This document shows, one piece after another, positions 51,378 to 62,231 of a stretch of DNA of 64,000 nucleotides. A model generated the notes under the pieces. It saw only the letters and a program-made list of their open reading frames with translations. It was not told the DNA's origin and searched no databases. How positions within the stretch are numbered: position 1 is the first letter of the stretch; every line of letters begins with the position of its first letter. Both the position numbers and the translations under genes were made by a program. The stretch spans positions 4,874,307 to 4,938,306 of the forward strand of contig OZ251998.1 of the NCBI GenBank assembly GCA_965246985.1. Reading direction: 5' to 3'. This stretch comes from Candidatus Poribacteria bacterium (GTDB lineage: Bacteria; Poribacteria; WGA-4E; WGA-3G).

Positions 51378-53186
51378 TTAAAATGCTTCAAGTTCCTCTT
51401 GTAAGAGTTGTGTTTCATAGATGCCAGCATAAATCCCGTTCTGCTCAAGTAGTTGTTCGTGTGTGCCTGTCTCAACGATGCTACCGTCATTGAGAACGAT
51501 AATCTGGTCGGCGGCTTTGACGGTCGAGATACGATGCGAAATGAGAATAGTGGTCCGATCTTTCATAATTTCAGCGAGTCGGTTGAGAATCGTATCCTCG
51601 GTCTGTGTATCCACATTTGCAAATGCATCATCAAGAATAAGAATTTTCGGTTTAATGATGATTGCGCGTGCGAGTGCGCTCCGTTGGCGTTGCCCGCCCG
51701 AAATCGTCATCCCGCGTTCACCGAGAAAGGTTTCCAATCCTTCGGGGAATTCCTCAATTTGTTCAAGGAGATCAGCGGTGTGTGCTGCGTCTCGGACTTC
51801 TTCGTCCGCTGCCGTTTCGAGACCGTAGGTGATATTATTTCGCAAATAATCAGAAAAGAGAAACGGCTCCTGCTCCACAACTCCGATATTGGAACGGAGG
51901 ACGTTTAGCGGTATATCCTGAATATCTACGCCGTCTACAAAGACAGTCCCGCGTTCCGCTTGACGGATACGTGGAATCAGGTTGGCAAGCGTTGACTTTC
52001 CAGAGCCAGTACCCCCGACAATCGCGAGGGTCGTGCCACGTGCGATTTTGAGGTTGATGTTCTTAAGCACAGGTGTTCCATCGGGGTAGTCAAAATTCAG
52101 ATTTCTAAATTCAATCTCGCCTTCAATATCTCTGATACCCCATTTCACCTGCTCATCATCAAAGATTTCTGGTTTTTCATCAAGGATCGCTTGGAGCCGC
52201 TCCATAGATGCTGCACCGCGTTCAAAGGTATTGACGATGAAGCCGAGGGTAATCATCGGGCGGACGAGCATCATGAGATAGGCACTGAACGCGAAGAAAT
52301 CACCGAGCGACATTTTGCCGTCAATGACATGGAGTCCGCCCATCCAGAGGAGCACCACACCACTGATCCCCGGTAAAAACCGGAAGAGAGGGAAAAAGAA
52401 GGTCATCAGTCGGATCTGCCGATGGTTACGGTTGACAAATTCTTGGTTCAACTCCTGAAAGTGCTCAATCTCACTCGCCTCAAGCGTATATGCCTTAACA
52501 ACGCGAACACCTGACAAATTCTCCTGAACCTTGGTATTCATCACAGAAACGGCTTCTTGGATGCCTTCGTAATGGGCATGCAACCGTTTTCCGAGAAAGC
52601 GGATCAAGACTGCAAGCATTGGATAAGGAAGCAGTGCCACAAGGGTGAGCGTTGTATCAATGCGCAGCATGATGACAAGTGCAAGTCCAAAAAACACGAT
52701 GGCATCAGCGCTATACATCACCGCACTGCTCAACACCATTCTGATGGCGTTTAGATCGCTAGTCGCGCGCGTCATCAGGTCACCGGTACGGACGTTATCG
52801 TAATACGCGGCAGAAAGCTTTTGGAGATGGAGAAAGAAGTCGGCACGGAGGTGAAACTCCATCTGCCGCGCGACCCCTTGGATAGTGTGCCGTTGAATGA
52901 AGCGTAGGATACCGCCAACGAGCGCGACCCCAAAGATGAGCAGCGCGAAAAAGAGGATGCGTTCGGAAGACATCGTAAAGATTGGGCCCTCAAAGGTTGG
53001 ATCATAAGCACTTCTCCACGCGTGTTCTAACTCATCAACAACCGTCTGGAGGATCTTTGGACTGATCAGAAGGATCCCATTCGTCAGAAGTACAAGAAAG
53101 AAGCTGATCGAGATGGCGTATCGATACCGAATGACATACTTTTTAAGACCGAATAGACTGCGAATGGTGGGACTCCTTTCGGGCAA
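51378..53186 (-). CDS. ABC exporter ATP-binding/permease subunit (heterodimer partner)
   Basis: TMD plus GGTGSGKS, ISGGQRQR, degenerate LDDA. Confidence 0.92.
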   Translation of the reverse strand: MPERSPTIRSLFGLKKYVIRYRYAISISFFLVLLTNGILLISPKILQTVVDELEHAWRSAYDPTFEGPIFTMSSERILFFALLIFGVALVGGILRFIQRHTIQGVARQMEFHLRADFFLHLQKLSAAYYDNVRTGDLMTRATSDLNAIRMVLSSAVMYSADAIVFFGLALVIMLRIDTTLTLVALLPYPMLAVLIRFLGKRLHAHYEGIQEAVSVMNTKVQENLSGVRVVKAYTLEASEIEHFQELNQEFVNRNHRQIRLMTFFFPLFRFLPGISGVVLLWMGGLHVIDGKMSLGDFFAFSAYLMMLVRPMITLGFIVNTFERGAASMERLQAILDEKPEIFDDEQVKWGIRDIEGEIEFRNLNFDYPDGTPVLKNINLKIARGTTLAIVGGTGSGKSTLANLIPRIRQAERGTVFVDGVDIQDIPLNVLRSNIGVVEQEPFLFSDYLRNNITYGLETAADEEVRDAAHTADLLEQIEEFPEGLETFLGERGMTISGGQRQRSALARAIIIKPKILILDDAFANVDTQTEDTILNRLAEIMKDRTTILISHRISTVKAADQIIVLNDGSIVETGTHEQLLEQNGIYAGIYETQLLQEELEAF

Positions 53187-53270
53187 GCGGACCGCGCGTT
53201 GTTAATATTATATTTTGACGTAAATGTTGGAGATGTGTTTAATCAAGTTTTCGGTAATACTAAGAAGCCT

Positions 53271-53500
53271 CTTCTTGTAGGAGCAAACTGTTCTCGCGAC
53301 CCGACGCGGATACTCACGGATGTAGTGTCTTACAGGTCTTCTTGTAGGAGCGAGCTGCGCTCGCGATATTATACGGACTGGTAAACCGAGCTCGGTGGTG
53401 ATCGCTTCTTGTAGGAGCGAGCTGCGCTCGCGACCCGACGCGGACACTCACCGGTGTAGTGTCTTATAGGTCTTCTTGTAGGAGCGAGCTGTGCTCGCGA
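53271..53500 (+). repeat. Array of four 29-bp GTAG-type REP-like repeats, period 67 bp
   Basis: CTTCTTGTAGGAGCGAGCTGCGCTCGCGA consensus at 53271, 53338, 53405, 53472. Confidence 0.85.
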
Positions 53501-53621
53501 TGCCTCAAGAACGCGTAAAAGTGCATCCAAAAATGGGTATAAGTGAATCGTTATCTGTCTGTAACGTAGCGAAATTGTCTATACTTTATAACATACACTA
53601 AACTACGACCAAGGAGTAAAT

Positions 53622-55715
53622 ATGAAACATAATCGAAGACCGGCACCCTTTAATTTCGTGCCGGGTGATTCCGAAGGCACTACATGGGCACTACCAGCAG
53701 GTGCAATCGCTCGACTGGGAAAAGGTAATTTTCGTGAAGTGAAACCATCTCCAAGTGGCGCGTATTTCGCCGTTGCAACCGGTATAGGTCTCTGGTGGTA
53801 TGAAATGTCGTCAAAACCACCTATCGCGTTGTGGGAAACTGAACGGGGAATGATCTCCGCTGTCGATTTTTCACAAAATGGCGAGTGGATTGCTATCGCC
53901 AATTATGACGGTGTTATTAAGGTGGTGGACATTCAGAGTGGTGAATGCCTCGCGCAGATGAAGCGGACGGAAGAACATAATATCTATTGGTACATTAATT
54001 TTTCCCCAGATCGTAAGTGGATTGCTACCGCGAATTGGCACGGCATCGTTGAAGTGTTAGATGTCCATCGCGGTGTCTGCGTCGCGCAGATGGATCGAGG
54101 AAACCGTGAAGTTAAAGCGGCTGATATTTCCCAACTCGAATTTTCACCCGATGGACAGTACATCGCCGCTATTGGTGATAACCCTAAAGTCCATTCAGTC
54201 CGCGATGACCAACTTGTTAACCCCGATACAGAAGGCATGCAAACTCACATCTGGCATCCAGCAACAGGTGTGCCAATTGTCAAGTTCGCAGGTAGTATAT
54301 TTGCGTTCTCGCCAGACAGTCGCCTGCTGGCGGGCGCAGCTCCTAACGAACCACTCGGCGGTGCCGATCGCGTTGACCGATGCATCTCAGTGTGGGACAT
54401 AGTGAATGGGGAACGCATTGCTCACTTCGCAGCACATAGCGACTGGGTAGACGCTATTACCTTTTCGCCTTGCGGTAATTTCCTCACATCAAGTAGTAGA
54501 GATAAAAGCCTACGCGTGTGGGATGTGGCGAAGGGTATGCAAAAGACGGCTTATACTGACTTTCAAACATCTCGGATAGCACCATTTTATTCAACGGAAG
54601 GTGAATTGTTCGCGATTGTAGATGGGCAAGACACCATTGAAGTCTGGGATGTGGAACGCAATGAAAAAATACAGACCCCAGAACTACATCCGAGGAGTGT
54701 TGATGCTGCATGGTTTAGAGAATTTCCGCAGTTGGCTCTCACCGAGATTCACACCAGCACCTCACCAAACAAAAAGACTCAGGTCGGCAACATACATACA
54801 TTCTCAACACTCCGTGAACCCGATTGCTTTCCAGATCCGATTCTGTTTTTGCCGGATGGAGAAACACTGGCGACAAGAGGAGGTCGTACCGGTATTGTGC
54901 TATGGGATGTTGAAAGTAAGCAGGTTCGAGAAACATTACTGAAAGATAAACGTATCACCTCTTTTACCGTTTTGCATTCTGGAAACATGCTGGCTGTCCA
55001 TAGTCAAGACAACAACATCAAAGTTTGGGATGCTGAGAAACCCGATGAACCGATTGCCGAATTTACCGAAACCGAACAGGCGCGATTGGTATGGCATATA
55101 GCGTTCACACCGACAGGCGATCGGCTTGCAGTTGGAAGCAGAGATGGCACAATTTATCATTGGGATCTCAGAGATCAGGAAAGATTGAAACCCTTCACAG
55201 GACATACAGAATTCATCTGGTCAGTGTGCTTCTCGCCAGATGGCAAACGACTGGCAAGTGGTTCAAGCGATGGCACCAATCGTCTATGGGATGTTGCAAC
55301 CGGCGAAGAGATTGCGGAATTCCCGTTAGATGAACCTCAGACCCTGATGAAGATAGCATTTTCACCGTGTGGTGACTTGATTGCGGGTGGGATGTACGGA
55401 GAACTTCGACTGTGGTGTGCCGAAAGTTTGACAACGCTTTTTGCGATACCGCAGCCAGAAACACAGAAACCGTATGCCCTCACATTTTCGCCGTGTGGTA
55501 AGTATCTGGCATCTGGCACTTGGTGGGAAAGGGGAATGGAGAAGATGGCAATTCGGTTATGGGATGTTGGAAATGGTGAGAATATCACTACCCTTTGGGG
55601 ACATCCGACAGATATTCAATCGCTCGCATTTTCACCGGACGGTACACTTTTGGCGAGTGGCGGTTTCGACCGTACTATTCTTCTCTGGGATTTGAAGCCC
55701 TTTATAGGTTCGTAA
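53622..55715 (+). CDS. WD40 repeat protein
   Basis: Many GH...FSPDG...LWD repeats. Confidence 0.92.
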   Translation: MKHNRRPAPFNFVPGDSEGTTWALPAGAIARLGKGNFREVKPSPSGAYFAVATGIGLWWYEMSSKPPIALWETERGMISAVDFSQNGEWIAIANYDGVIKVVDIQSGECLAQMKRTEEHNIYWYINFSPDRKWIATANWHGIVEVLDVHRGVCVAQMDRGNREVKAADISQLEFSPDGQYIAAIGDNPKVHSVRDDQLVNPDTEGMQTHIWHPATGVPIVKFAGSIFAFSPDSRLLAGAAPNEPLGGADRVDRCISVWDIVNGERIAHFAAHSDWVDAITFSPCGNFLTSSSRDKSLRVWDVAKGMQKTAYTDFQTSRIAPFYSTEGELFAIVDGQDTIEVWDVERNEKIQTPELHPRSVDAAWFREFPQLALTEIHTSTSPNKKTQVGNIHTFSTLREPDCFPDPILFLPDGETLATRGGRTGIVLWDVESKQVRETLLKDKRITSFTVLHSGNMLAVHSQDNNIKVWDAEKPDEPIAEFTETEQARLVWHIAFTPTGDRLAVGSRDGTIYHWDLRDQERLKPFTGHTEFIWSVCFSPDGKRLASGSSDGTNRLWDVATGEEIAEFPLDEPQTLMKIAFSPCGDLIAGGMYGELRLWCAESLTTLFAIPQPETQKPYALTFSPCGKYLASGTWWERGMEKMAIRLWDVGNGENITTLWGHPTDIQSLAFSPDGTLLASGGFDRTILLWDLKPFIGS

Positions 55716-55755
55716 GGTCTACTAACACGCATTCAAAATATAAGGTTATCAATAC

Positions 55756-55985
55756 GTAGGTTGGGTTGAACGAATTCCATCAAAACCGTGAAAAACCATA
55801 GAAAAATAAAGTCTCCTCCATACACGCTACGTCAAAGAGATACCGAGTGAAACCCAACGATTTTTCTATAATATAACGGTATTCAGTTGGGTTTCACTCG
55901 CTCTTATACATGATAGTATATAGTGTTTGAAGTGTGTTTGGGTTGTCAATATTATCCTTTCCAAGTCCGTTCAACCCAACCTACG
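55756..55985. repeat. GTAGGTTGGGTT...AACCCAACCTAC long hairpin element
   Basis: Outer arms plus inner GAGTGAAACCCAAC / GTTGGGTTTCACTC; degenerate relative at 23248-23395. Confidence 0.8.
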
Positions 55986-56121
55986 GCACTGCGAGGATTT
56001 ATGAACCCCTCAATTAAACGACCCTTTACTGACGGCTGACCGCTGATTACTGAAAACTCTCACTGTGAGGCAAACTGATAACTATTTCTCTGACTGCTGA
56101 ACGCCTCTGGCAAAAAATATA

Positions 56122-56151
56122 TTGACAGCATTTTCTCCTGCAGTGTATGAT
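56122..56151 (+). promoter_or_regulatory. Sigma70-like promoter of the gnd operon
   Basis: TTGACA-18 bp-TATGAT ahead of an AGGAGG RBS. Confidence 0.55.
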
Positions 56152-56186
56152 ATGCAAAACACACGCTACCATAGGAGGAAACAGAT

Positions 56187-57650
56187 TTGGCGGCAGACAT
56201 TGGACTCATCGGATTAGCAGTGATGGGCGAAAACCTCGCACTGAACATGGAAAGCAAAGGGTTTGAGGTGGCGGTCTTTAACCGTACCGTCTCACGGGTA
56301 GACGCTTTCATGGAACGTGCTGCAAAAGGCAAAAATATCACTGGAACACATTCTATACCAGAACTAATTGAGAAACTTGATACCCCTCGAAAAATTATCT
56401 TGATGGTGAAAGCAGGGGAGCCAGTTGACGCATTTATCGGGCAATTAGTCCCACACCTCTCAAAAGGCGATCTCATTATTGACGGCGGGAACTCTAATTT
56501 CAACGACACCGTCCGCCGACACACAGAGTTGGCTGAACAAGACATTCTGTTTATCGGAACAGGGATCTCCGGCGGCGAAGAAGGCGCATTGAAAGGACCG
56601 GCAATGATGCCGGGCGGTTCAGCCAAGGCTTACACACTCGTGGAACCGATTTTTACGAAAATTGCGGCACAGGTAGACGGCACGCCGTGTTGCTCCTACA
56701 TCGGACCGGATGGCGCAGGGCATTACGTCAAGATGGTGCATAACGGCATCGAATACGGCGATATGCAACTGATATGCGAAGCCTACTCGCTGATGCACAG
56801 CGTCTTGGGAATGAACTCGGACGAGATGCAAGCGGTCTTCAGCGAATGGAATCGCGGCGAACTCAATTCTTACCTCATCGAAATCACCGCTGACATCTTC
56901 ACACAACTTGATAGCAGCGGCACGCCTTTCGTTGATGTTGTGTTAGACCAAGCTGGACAAAAAGGCACCGGCAAATGGACGAGTATTTCAGCACTGGATC
57001 TCGGTATCTCCGCACCAACAATCGCCGAGGCGGTTTTTGCACGTTGTATCTCTGCTGTTAAAAGCGAACGGATCGCAGCATCAGAAGTTATTCAGGGACC
57101 GTCTGGTACATATCAAGGCGACCGAGATGAAGCATTAAAAGCGATTCACGACGCACTCTACGCCGCGAAAATCTGCTCTTATGCCCAAGGTTTCGCCTTA
57201 ATGCGGGAAGCAAGCGAAGAATTCGGATGGAATTTGGATCTCGGTAAAATTAGTCTCGGTTGGCGTGGCGGGTGTATCATTCGCGCAAAATTCCTGCACC
57301 GAATCGCTGAGGCGTTTGAACGAAATCCCACGCTTCCAAACCTACTGCTCGATTCCTACTTCCGAGGTGTGATTGAAGCGGCACAACCGAACTGGCGGAA
57401 TGTCATCGGTACAGCCACGCAGCTTGGTGTCCCGATCCCCGCATTCAGCTCCGCTTTAGCCTATTTCGATAGCTACCGCAGTGGCAAACTCTCTGCGAAT
57501 CTCATCCAAGCGATGCGCGATTACTTCGGAGCGCACACCTATCATAAACTCGATGCAGACGGAAACACGATTCTCGGAAAAGATGGCGAGCCGACGGTCT
57601 TCCATACCGAATGGATGCTGGATGGTCGTCCAGAAGTTATTGTTGATTAA
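56187..57650 (+). CDS. gndA: NADP-dependent 6-phosphogluconate dehydrogenase
   Basis: GLAVMGENLALN, KMVHNGIEYGDMQ, QKGTGKW, RDYFGAHTY. Confidence 0.97.
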   Translation: MAADIGLIGLAVMGENLALNMESKGFEVAVFNRTVSRVDAFMERAAKGKNITGTHSIPELIEKLDTPRKIILMVKAGEPVDAFIGQLVPHLSKGDLIIDGGNSNFNDTVRRHTELAEQDILFIGTGISGGEEGALKGPAMMPGGSAKAYTLVEPIFTKIAAQVDGTPCCSYIGPDGAGHYVKMVHNGIEYGDMQLICEAYSLMHSVLGMNSDEMQAVFSEWNRGELNSYLIEITADIFTQLDSSGTPFVDVVLDQAGQKGTGKWTSISALDLGISAPTIAEAVFARCISAVKSERIAASEVIQGPSGTYQGDRDEALKAIHDALYAAKICSYAQGFALMREASEEFGWNLDLGKISLGWRGGCIIRAKFLHRIAEAFERNPTLPNLLLDSYFRGVIEAAQPNWRNVIGTATQLGVPIPAFSSALAYFDSYRSGKLSANLIQAMRDYFGAHTYHKLDADGNTILGKDGEPTVFHTEWMLDGRPEVIVD

Positions 57651-57659
57651 GGAGAACGT

Positions 57660-58556
57660 ATGGCTCAAGAAGCACAACAAGCACTTTACAATTTCAAACC
57701 GCAACACGAGTTTTTCGTCGGAATCGACTCAGACGGTTGCGTTTTCAACAGCATGGAGGTCAAACACAACGACTGCTTCAGCGTGAACCTTGTCAAGTAT
57801 TTCGGCTTGGCATCTATCTCACGGCAGGTGCATCAGGCATGGGATTTTGTGAACCTCTACTCAAAGACGCGCGGCACAAACCGTTTCAAGGCGATCCTGC
57901 TGGTGTGCGATTTCTTACGCGAGATGTCGCTCGTGCAGAAGATGGGTGTCGCGGTACCCGAACTTCCCTATCTACGCGAATGGTCCGTAACGGAAACGAA
58001 ACTCGGTAACCCCGCGCTACAAGATGCGATTGATAACGCGACAGGGGAGAGACTTGACGAACTAAGTCAAGTGATGGCATGGAGTCTCGGCGTGAACGAA
58101 AGTGTCGCTGAGATTGTCTATAACCTCCCTCCATTTCCCGGAGTGCGTGAAACGTTGCAACGGCTTCAAGGTAAGGCGGATGTCATCGTCGTCTCTGCAA
58201 CACCGGACGAAGCACTCAAACGCGAATGGGATGAACATGAAATTGACTCTTATGTCGCGCTGATTGCGGGACAGGAGATGGGAACGAAAACGGAACATCT
58301 CACGATAACGACGAAAGATAGGTATCCCGAAAACCACGTCTTGATGCTCGGTGATTCTCCCGGTGATCTGAAAGCGGCACAAGACGTGGGCGCGTTGTTC
58401 TTTCCGGTCAATCCCGGTGCCGAGGATGCATCGTGGCAACTGTTTCTTGATGAAGCGATGGAAAAGTTCTTTAACGGACAATACGCCGGTGCTTATGAGG
58501 ACGCATTGATTGACAAATTTCAGGAATTGTTGCCGGAAACCCCGCCATGGCAATGA
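57660..58556 (+). CDS. HAD family hydrolase
   Basis: DSDGC, VSAT, GDSPGD. Confidence 0.85.
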   Translation: MAQEAQQALYNFKPQHEFFVGIDSDGCVFNSMEVKHNDCFSVNLVKYFGLASISRQVHQAWDFVNLYSKTRGTNRFKAILLVCDFLREMSLVQKMGVAVPELPYLREWSVTETKLGNPALQDAIDNATGERLDELSQVMAWSLGVNESVAEIVYNLPPFPGVRETLQRLQGKADVIVVSATPDEALKREWDEHEIDSYVALIAGQEMGTKTEHLTITTKDRYPENHVLMLGDSPGDLKAAQDVGALFFPVNPGAEDASWQLFLDEAMEKFFNGQYAGAYEDALIDKFQELLPETPPWQ

Positions 58557-58684
58557 AAAAAGACGGAAGGGTGGGAGAAAAACGGAAGTATGGAAGAAAC
58601 ATGCTCCTCCTGCCTCCTTCCACCCTTCCATTCTCCCACGCTTCTACTTACCTATGTTTATATTATGAAAGGACCCCTTAATTT

Positions 58685-59635
58685 ATGAAAATTTTACTTC
58701 AAGGACGTGTTGAAGGCGAACTTCTACAGAGACTGGAGGGCATCATTGGCGACGCACATACATACATTGCGCCAAGCTCACGCGAGGAACTTATTGAGGA
58801 AGGCAAAGATGCCGAGGTCTTTTTCGGTTTCTGTAGTGAAGACCTTTTCCCGCATCTACCGAACATCAAATGGATCCAATCCTCCAGTGCCGGGATGGAC
58901 AAGCACATGTACCCTGCACTCCGTGAGAGCGATGTTATCTTAACGAACGCTGCAGGCTTGTACGCAACACACGTCGCCGATCAGGCGTTCGCACTTCTGC
59001 TCGGTTTGGCACGCGGTATCCACGATTCCGTCCGGAATCAGGACAAACACCAATGGGGTGGCAGCCGCAGATCTCCGATGATCGAGATTGACGGGTTCAA
59101 GATCGGCATCGTCGGGATGGGTGGCATCGGGATGCAGATGGCGAAACGCGCAAAAGGGTTTGACATGTACGTTATGGCTGTTGATGCCTACCGTACCGAT
59201 AAACCGGATAACGTCGATGAACTGATGCCGATGGATCAACTTTCAAATATGATGAGCCAAGTGGATGTCGTGATGATTGCGTGTCCGTTGACAGAAGAGA
59301 CACGCGGTCTAATCAATAAGGATAACCTATCCGTGATGCAACCGACTGCGTTCTTTATTAACGTCGCTCGCGGCCCGATTGTCAACGAACCCGACTTGAT
59401 TGAGATTCTGCAAGCCAGAACAATTGCGAGTGCAGGGTTGGATGTCACCGAAATCGAGCCGCTGCCAGCAGATAGTCCGTTGTGGGATCTGGATAACGTC
59501 ATCATTTCGCCGCATTCCGCAGGTGGATCACAACACCGCATGCGCCGTGTTACCGAGTTTTTCTTGGATAATTTGGAACGGTATCTGAAGGGTGAAGAGC
59601 TGAAGAACATTGTGAATAAACAACTTGGATTTTAA
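58685..59635 (+). CDS. D-2-hydroxyacid dehydrogenase
   Basis: GMGGIG, INVARG, LDVTEIEP, SPHSAG. Confidence 0.92.
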   Translation: MKILLQGRVEGELLQRLEGIIGDAHTYIAPSSREELIEEGKDAEVFFGFCSEDLFPHLPNIKWIQSSSAGMDKHMYPALRESDVILTNAAGLYATHVADQAFALLLGLARGIHDSVRNQDKHQWGGSRRSPMIEIDGFKIGIVGMGGIGMQMAKRAKGFDMYVMAVDAYRTDKPDNVDELMPMDQLSNMMSQVDVVMIACPLTEETRGLINKDNLSVMQPTAFFINVARGPIVNEPDLIEILQARTIASAGLDVTEIEPLPADSPLWDLDNVIISPHSAGGSQHRMRRVTEFFLDNLERYLKGEELKNIVNKQLGF

Positions 59636-59840
59636 CAGGAACACGTATCTCTCCGGTAGCCTCGATCTCACGATCGAGGCACTACTGTTTCATCCATTTT
59701 GAATTTTAGGGTGCGTTAACCATAGAGGCGAGGTTTCCTCGCCTGATACTAAGCAGATACCCTCAATTTGAAACTGGACAGACCACTACTTTAAAGTTTG
59801 CAAAGAACAAGGGAAAGTACCAGATAAACTTTAGCTTAAT

Positions 59841-59966
59841 TAGGACTTACGCAGCAAGCATCTGTTCGCCGAGGTCCCCGTGCCTCGGCGAACTATCTTC
59901 TCACGGTTTTGCTTGCAGAATTCAAAGCGGACGCTTTCTTCCCAAATAGCGTTTGCGTAAGTCCTA
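59841..59966. mobile_element. 126-bp MITE
   Basis: TAGGACTTACGCA / TGCGTAAGTCCTA; 5-bp TSD TTAAT. Confidence 0.88.
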
Positions 59967-60065
59967 TTAATGCTAAAGACGTTTGCATTTTCGACACACA
60001 ACGACTATAATATTGGCAAAGACCGAAGAAGGTCTGGGATAAAAACCAGACAGGTGGGATAGTAA

Positions 60066-61664
60066 ATGAGAAGGTTCGGTACGCAGGGCCCTGTGAACCC
60101 TAAACAACACTACGTTGTCGCCCGCACGGAAGAACTCGCTGAGTTCATTAAGCGCATTAAAGAGGGACGCTACATCGTCATCTTCGCACCTCGGCAGACA
60201 GGCAAGACGACCCTCTTCTACGCTGCTATGGATATCCTTGCTGCCGAGGAGCCAACCTATCTTCCTATTCATTTAGATTTTGAGGCGTATAAAAACCTCA
60301 CCCCTTCCGATTTTTATAGTAACCTCACTGAAGATATTCGCGAGGAAATTGAGAACCTTTACCAAAAACGTAGAGAAGTGCCCTCCGAAGCACTAATAGA
60401 TTTTTTAGAGAACACAACACTCACTGATAATATGTCAATGATCAGAGGGTTCAGAACATTGGCGAGAGTGCTAGAAAACCAGAGGACTGTTGTCTTTATT
60501 GATGAGTTTGATGGCATTCCTCCCGCAGTCGTGAGCGATTTTCTGTATGCCCTCCGCCGCATCTACATCTCTAGAACCTCTCCCCGATGTCCCTACAGTC
60601 TTAGCATTGTAGGTGTCAAGAGTATCGCGCAACTCAACTACGATCACTCGGTTTCTCCGTTCAATATCCACGACGATTTTGCCTTGTCGAATTTTACGCT
60701 TGCTCAGGTGCAAGAGCTCCTTGGGCAATACACAGACGAGGTCGGACAAGCCTTCGTTCCAGAAGTGATTGAAGCTATTCACAAACAGACAGGCGGACAA
60801 CCCTTCCTCGTCAACCGATTCTCGCAGATACTCACCGAAGAGATGGACATACCAAAAACCGAAACACTGACAATAACACATCTTTCACAGGCACACATAC
60901 AACTCTTGGACGAAAATAACACCAACCTAACACATTTGACAACCAATATCCGGCGAAACCCTCGCTCTGAAAGTCTTTTGATGCGAATCATGTTGTATGA
61001 TGAAGGGGTGCCTTTCAATCTACGTAATGAACTCATTAATGAGCTCGCCACGTACGGAATACTCGCGAGAGGCACTGACAGAATGTGTAAGATTGCCAAT
61101 CCAATTTATCTATATTGCATTCTACAAACCTTCAAGCCGATAGTCAACGGATTGGAGCGCGACTACTTCCCCGAAGACACCGATCAATTTCAGTACCTCA
61201 CTGACACCGGACAGATTCAGATGGAACGGCTCTTGGATAACTTCCGAGACTTTATTGCCCGCGCAGGATTCAGGATCCTGCAAGTCCCCGAAACCCCACA
61301 AGAATTCATCGGACAGCACCTCCTCTTTGCCTACCTTGACCAGTTTGTCACCAGTGTCAATGGGACAATGTATATGGAAGTTCCAACCGGGCGCGGCAGG
61401 ATGGATATCCTCATCCTTCACAACCAGAAAAAATACATCGTTGAAACAAAGATATGGAGAAGTGAGCGGCACTATACCGAAGGGAAGCAGCAACTCGCCG
61501 CGTATTTATCAACGGAGGGAGTAGCGGAGGGCTACTACATGGTGTTCGATCATCGCGAGGTGCCAAAGTCGCACACAGAGACAGAGACGATAAATGGATT
61601 GACAATCCGCAGTTACGTCATTCCTGTGGTGCAAGAACGTCCTTCAAGTGAGAAAGTTAGATAA
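60066..61664 (+). CDS. AAA-like ATPase with C-terminal PD-(D/E)XK domain
   Basis: APRQTGKTT, FIDEFD; GRGRMDI...IVETK...GKQQL..Y. Confidence 0.85.
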   Translation: MRRFGTQGPVNPKQHYVVARTEELAEFIKRIKEGRYIVIFAPRQTGKTTLFYAAMDILAAEEPTYLPIHLDFEAYKNLTPSDFYSNLTEDIREEIENLYQKRREVPSEALIDFLENTTLTDNMSMIRGFRTLARVLENQRTVVFIDEFDGIPPAVVSDFLYALRRIYISRTSPRCPYSLSIVGVKSIAQLNYDHSVSPFNIHDDFALSNFTLAQVQELLGQYTDEVGQAFVPEVIEAIHKQTGGQPFLVNRFSQILTEEMDIPKTETLTITHLSQAHIQLLDENNTNLTHLTTNIRRNPRSESLLMRIMLYDEGVPFNLRNELINELATYGILARGTDRMCKIANPIYLYCILQTFKPIVNGLERDYFPEDTDQFQYLTDTGQIQMERLLDNFRDFIARAGFRILQVPETPQEFIGQHLLFAYLDQFVTSVNGTMYMEVPTGRGRMDILILHNQKKYIVETKIWRSERHYTEGKQQLAAYLSTEGVAEGYYMVFDHREVPKSHTETETINGLTIRSYVIPVVQERPSSEKVR

Positions 61665-61686
61665 CCTCCTTAAACAGCGGTTCGCC

Positions 61687-62043
61687 CTAAGAATCATCAG
61701 GTTCAATCCGCACGGCGCAGAATTTCAGCTCCGGTTGCTTAGATACTGGATCAAAAGCAGGATTCGTTACATAGTTCGCATTGGTTTCAGCGTGGAAGAG
61801 ATCGCCCCAGTGGAACGGCGTAAAGAGCAACCCACGCCGAATCGCTTCCGTGACACGCGCCTTCGCATAACACCGTCCACGTCGCCCGACAAGATACACC
61901 CATTCACCGTCTTCAACATCGTTCTCTACAGCGTCATCCGGATGGATTTCCACGAACGGTTCCGGGTCCTTACGCACCAGCTGCGGCACCTTACCCGTCC
62001 GGGTACGTGTATGCCACTAACTCTCAATCCGTCCTGTCGTTAA
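61687..62043 (-). pseudogene. Molybdopterin dinucleotide-binding domain fragment (assimilatory nitrate reductase-like C-terminus)
   Basis: TTGRIES*WHTRTRT, EIHPDDA, PFHWG, DPVSKQPELK; in-frame stop and no N-terminus. Confidence 0.8.
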
Positions 62044-62231
62044 ACCGAATCAAACCGCTGCCAGCAGATAGCCCGTTGTGGGATATGGATAACGTCATCA
62101 TTTCGCCGCATTCTGCAGGCGGCTCACAGCATCGTATGCACCGTGTCACCGAGTTCTTCTTGGATAACTTGGAACGGTATCTGAAGGGTGAAGCACTGAA
62201 GAACATTGTGAATAAGCAACTTGGATTTTAG
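62044..62231 (+). pseudogene. Duplicated 3' end of the D-2-hydroxyacid dehydrogenase gene
   Basis: PLPADSPLWD...NIVNKQLGF matches ~59447-59635. Confidence 0.88.

Noticed and set aside
53271-53500. Bona fide CRISPR array
   Set aside because: The repeat is a GTAG-type REP also found singly (e.g. ~9395-9418 reversed), spacers 1 and 3 are duplicates, and there is no adjacent cas gene or clear leader; kept only as a repeat.
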